A stretch of 64,000 nt of DNA from the human T2T-CHM13v2.0 reference genome, Homo sapiens. Every line of letters begins with the position of its first letter. Position 1 is the first letter of the stretch. Positions 60,010 through 64,000 of the stretch are shown here, piece after piece. The position numbers were made by a program, and so were the translations under genes. The DNA lies in NCBI RefSeq assembly GCF_009914755.1, contig NC_060933.1; one strand, given 5' to 3'. The notes below the pieces were generated by a model. That model was not told the origin of the DNA. It worked only from the letters and a program-made list of their open reading frames with translations, and ran no database searches.

Positions 60010-62388
60010 CAATAATAAAAAGTGGACATAAATACTTCTGCCATTTAATATTTAAGGAAATCGAAGCAAGCAGGTTAACAATTTGCCTCAGTTCTCACTT
60101 TTATCTAGTAAGTAGGGGAGTCAGTATCCCAATATTGGCAGTCTGACTCCAATAACATTTGTAATATTGTTGCTGTTTTTAAAGATGTGTAATTATGTAT
60201 ATTTTTGTATACTTATATAGTATTATGTGTACTGTATTTAACCGTTATCCATCTATGTATATGTTTCTGTTCTTGTTTTGTATGTTTGCTCTTGGTAAAG
60301 AGGCAATAGCATGTTGAATAGGAGAGTGCAATGGTTTGCAAGTTAATTTTAAAAAAGGAAAGTTATGGAAGTATTTCCTAATATATTTATAAATTCCAGT
60401 TTAGCACAATAAGAAAATCTACTAAATAAATGGCAGTATATATTTGCATATACATCCATACTTTACTTCTTGGAATGCTAAAACAAAAAGCATTATTATA
60501 CTGTATGTATATGTAAAACAATTTCATCATTGCATTCATTTAGATTCCCCAAATCTTTATGCTATGATATTATATATGTAGTCTGTCAGTAAAATCAATG
60601 AGATTGGTGTTTACTTAGTGTCTTAAGATTCATTTTGTAACTTCCTATGTTGGCTTATGATTCTGTTTTTAATATCATACTAAATTTTTTTCTTCAGAAT
60701 GCTAAGCCATACCAATATTGTTCATTAGATCCTCAGGAGACTATTCAAGCTTTCATAATATGGTCAAATGATAAGGTAGCATGTGATTTAATGTAAGCAA
60801 GTATATTGAATTTGAAAACAGTCATTTGAATTTGGAAAGATAGACTATGCTAACGAATACAAACTGTGTATATTTTAGATATTTTCCAGTACTGAAATTA
60901 ATACATTTTGCCAAAGAAAGCGATTCTTGTCAAAATATATCACTTTTATTTCCATCTATTTTTTTTGAAAGTCTCAATTATATTTAGTTCAAGCGATTTA
61001 CCCATAAGATGTATCTTGTTTTAACTCTAAAGCTTTCAAGACTGGAGAGTAATTTGATATGATCCAATCCCTTTAATGTTTGAAGATTTTTACTTTAACC
61101 TTTAAAATGTTGTTATAATTTATGCATTACTGCATCTTTGCAAAGGTTAAAAGCAAGGCACAATCATACATGGTACCAAGAGAATAGCCTACATTTCCTG
61201 CTATTATCCCCATCTTCAAAATAGATTGGTCTCATACATTTCAATAGAATTTAATTATATTTCTCTAATTCCCTGAATGTTTTTATTAAACCAAGAAGTT
61301 CAGAAGTTAATGGTTCCATTTTATCTTGCTGCGTTTGAATTTTAAGAATATAATGATAACAAGGAACGTAAATTTCTACATATAACCACATTTCTTCTTT
61401 CAATTTGACTATAAAACAGCACATAGGCTAGCATTTAATGCGAAATATGATATGTTTCACTTTTGGTGTTGCTTTCTTAGGAAATGTAAAATTTGTGATA
61501 GAGACATCAGCAATAATTTTTATATACTCTGCTTCAAAATTCAATTTTATTGTGGTTTGAAAATTATCTACATCAACTCTTCCAGGTTTATATATATATG
61601 TATATATGTATTCTAATTTCACATATTATATTTGTCCCTTTTAAATGAGTATATAACTGGCCTTTATAATAGTGTTGTCATAATTTTTGAAGTATGTATT
61701 TTCTATATGTTTAAATTACTGTGTGATGTTTGACTTGTATAATCCATAAGGCCCTGTATGCTCATAATTTTTAATTGATAATCATTTCTGGTACCATAGA
61801 CTCACCTTTCAAACACTTGAAAACAGATGATGCTAGGCTTTACAACATTCACTAATTGATTTTCTAGGTCAAAAGAGGTTAGAGCCAAATCTTTAGTACA
61901 TATACTAATTCATTTTCAGCAGTAAGCTTGAAGCAGTATGCCTAGTAAAAGAGCTACACATGCAGCACAGAAGTGATTGAAGACTTTGTTTGAAGAATAA
62001 TACAAAGAAAACATGGCTGAAACAAAGAAAAATAAGAGGAAACTATGGTCTTTTAATGCACCGGGCTCTCTTTTTATTCTTGACACTGGTACATGTTGTT
62101 TATTTTGTCTGAAATAGTCTTCTCACATAATATTATCTACTTTGCTTCTAGTGATTCTTAAATTCTCATCTCAGATGCCGTTTATTCTGAAAAGCTTTCT
62201 TTTATTCTCCATGTTAAGTTTTTTCTTATTCTATGTTCTTTAAGTTTTTGTCTCCCATAAAAGATTATTGCATATTTATCTTTTCACCTGTATGGCCACT
62301 CTCTAGACAAAAAGTATATGAAAGAAATCAGACACTACCTGCCTATTTTTTTGGTCATGTACCCACTTTGTGCTCCAGAAATTGTGTA

Positions 62389-62500
62389 ATGGATGGATGG
62401 ATGGAAGGATGGCTGGGTGGATAGATGGGTGATGGATGGATAGATGGATGGAGGAATGAATGGGATGCATGGATAGAGGATTCGATGGATTCATAGATGT
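62389..62500 (+). repeat. (GATG)n degenerate tetranucleotide repeat at an L2-like 3' end
   Basis: ATGGATGGATGGATGG... units. Confidence 0.85.
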
Positions 62501-63847
62501 ATGTATGCTTAGGTAGGTAAATGAATTGGTACCTATATACCTTCTTTATCCTATTTTACCCTCTCAGAAGTCATTATCTTATGAAAGCATCAGGCTTTCT
62601 CCAGAAAATGTCTCACATGCATGTTTGATCAGTATTTCTTTCTGTTATATAAAGCTTTGTCTTCTATTCCCATTGTAAATAGACATGCTTAGGAAAATAA
62701 TACTTTGGAAATGTTGACATATCCCATAAAAATAATCTGAGTAGGCAAATCCCAGTTATCTTTATTGAAACTTGTTTATATGCAGTAGATGCCAAAAACC
62801 CATATTTCTTTCAGAATACAAAAGATAACATGTGAAAAGCACTTGACAACTAGCATTTGTTGGCTTTCTTTTGTTAATAAAAAAAGTGGATTTCAATTTA
62901 CATACGGCAATGGACTCACAATATTAACAATGAGAATAGGAATAATAATTATTCAATGTGAGATAAACTGGGCGAAATGTTTTACATACATTTTAACCCT
63001 AACTGACTTCTGTCTGAGAGATACTGATTTATTCTAATTGCAGATCTAATATATTTAGTTTTGTTCACTCCTTCTTCAGAGAACAGAAGTGATAATTCTT
63101 CATAGATATGCCCCATTGTATAATCATGTATAATTCTGTGATATATAATTCCAAGGCTTCTAAGAGCATGTTTTTAAACCTAAATTCAAGTATAAGACTA
63201 ATGAAGTATAAGACTTGAATTTTAAGGCTCCTTTTAACATTTTTCTCAATTTTTTTCTTATAAGGTCTGTTTTGTCTTAAAATTTCTAATGATGTGCACC
63301 ACAAGTTTCTAACAGTGAGTCCAAAGTTATTATAAATTTGTGAAGAAAACATGTCTATGAAAGAATATATTCATTTAAAATACATCTCAAGAGAGGGAGA
63401 AGCAAGAATTCTGCAAAAAATGGAATTTAATGAAGTCTCTAAAGAGATTATGATAATTCTTACAAAGTCTAAGAAATATGTTAGTACATGTGAAGTAAGA
63501 TAAATGCTAATACAAATAAGCATATTTTCAATTAGAGGAGCATGCAGCTGCAGAAATTCAATAAGATGATATCAAATTTTTTAGTCTGCTTGTGACGAAC
63601 TTTGTGTGTGCATGTGTATGATTTCCGTAAAAAGTAAGAACAAGAGTGTGCATCCTAGTGATAAAGAGAGAAGAAACTATGTAACTTCTCTAATGATCAC
63701 TTCGTTGCTTTTGTCTAGTTTTAAAATATTTGTATCATTTATCTCAACTTTTTATGTGTCACAATATTTCTTCTTGAGAAGACATAAATCTGATTAAGAT
63801 GATAAAAATTTTATATTTCTCAATTAAGTTATATAGAAGTCAACATA

Positions 63848-64000
63848 GGCCGGGCGCGGTGGCTCATGTCTGTAATCCCAGCACTTTGGAAGGCCGAGGA
63901 GGGCGGATCACAAGGTCAGGAGATCGAGACCACGGTGAAATCCCGTCTCTACTAAAAATACAAAAATAATTAGCTGGACGCAGTGGCGGGCGCCTGTAGT
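63848..64000 (+). mobile_element. AluY of the Yd lineage (truncated by window end)
   Basis: GAGATCGAGACCACGGTGAAA lacks the 12 nt present in AluY GAGACCATCCTGGCTAACACGG. Confidence 0.8.

Overview
AT-rich, repeat-dense primate (human-like) genomic DNA with no recognisable spliced protein-coding gene. Two processed retrocopies lie on the minus strand: a disabled KRT18 pseudogene (~992-2425) and an RPS26 retrocopy with an intact 115-codon ORF (33483-33830). From memory this pair, ~32 kb apart, fits KRT18P66/RPS26P2 on human 9p21.1; this needs BLAT confirmation. The rest is transposon fossils: a two-LTR THE1A MaLR, a two-LTR MER61 (ERV1) provirus with a tRNA-Lys PBS, solo MER21 and MER4 LTRs, MER1A and MER44 DNA transposons, seven Alus, two 5'-inverted L1PA insertions, and old L1M/L2/MIR/MLT1 pieces. 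Repeat subfamily names come from recalled consensus sequences, not a RepeatMasker run. The most notable observations are: (1) the RPS26 insertion is bounded by a perfect 18-bp TSD ~1 kb apart, so it copied a long-3'UTR/read-through RPS26 transcript and apparently carried an older Alu with it; (2) a ~115-bp pre-miRNA-like hairpin with a perfect 24-bp outer stem, built by inverted duplication of MLT1 LTR sequence (47497-47611); (3) an L1PA with a twin-priming inversion and ~0.8 kb deletion inserted in a 108-bp tandem duplication; (4) a 12-bp-deleted AluYd-lineage element at the window end. I found no evidence for a new multi-gene biological system.
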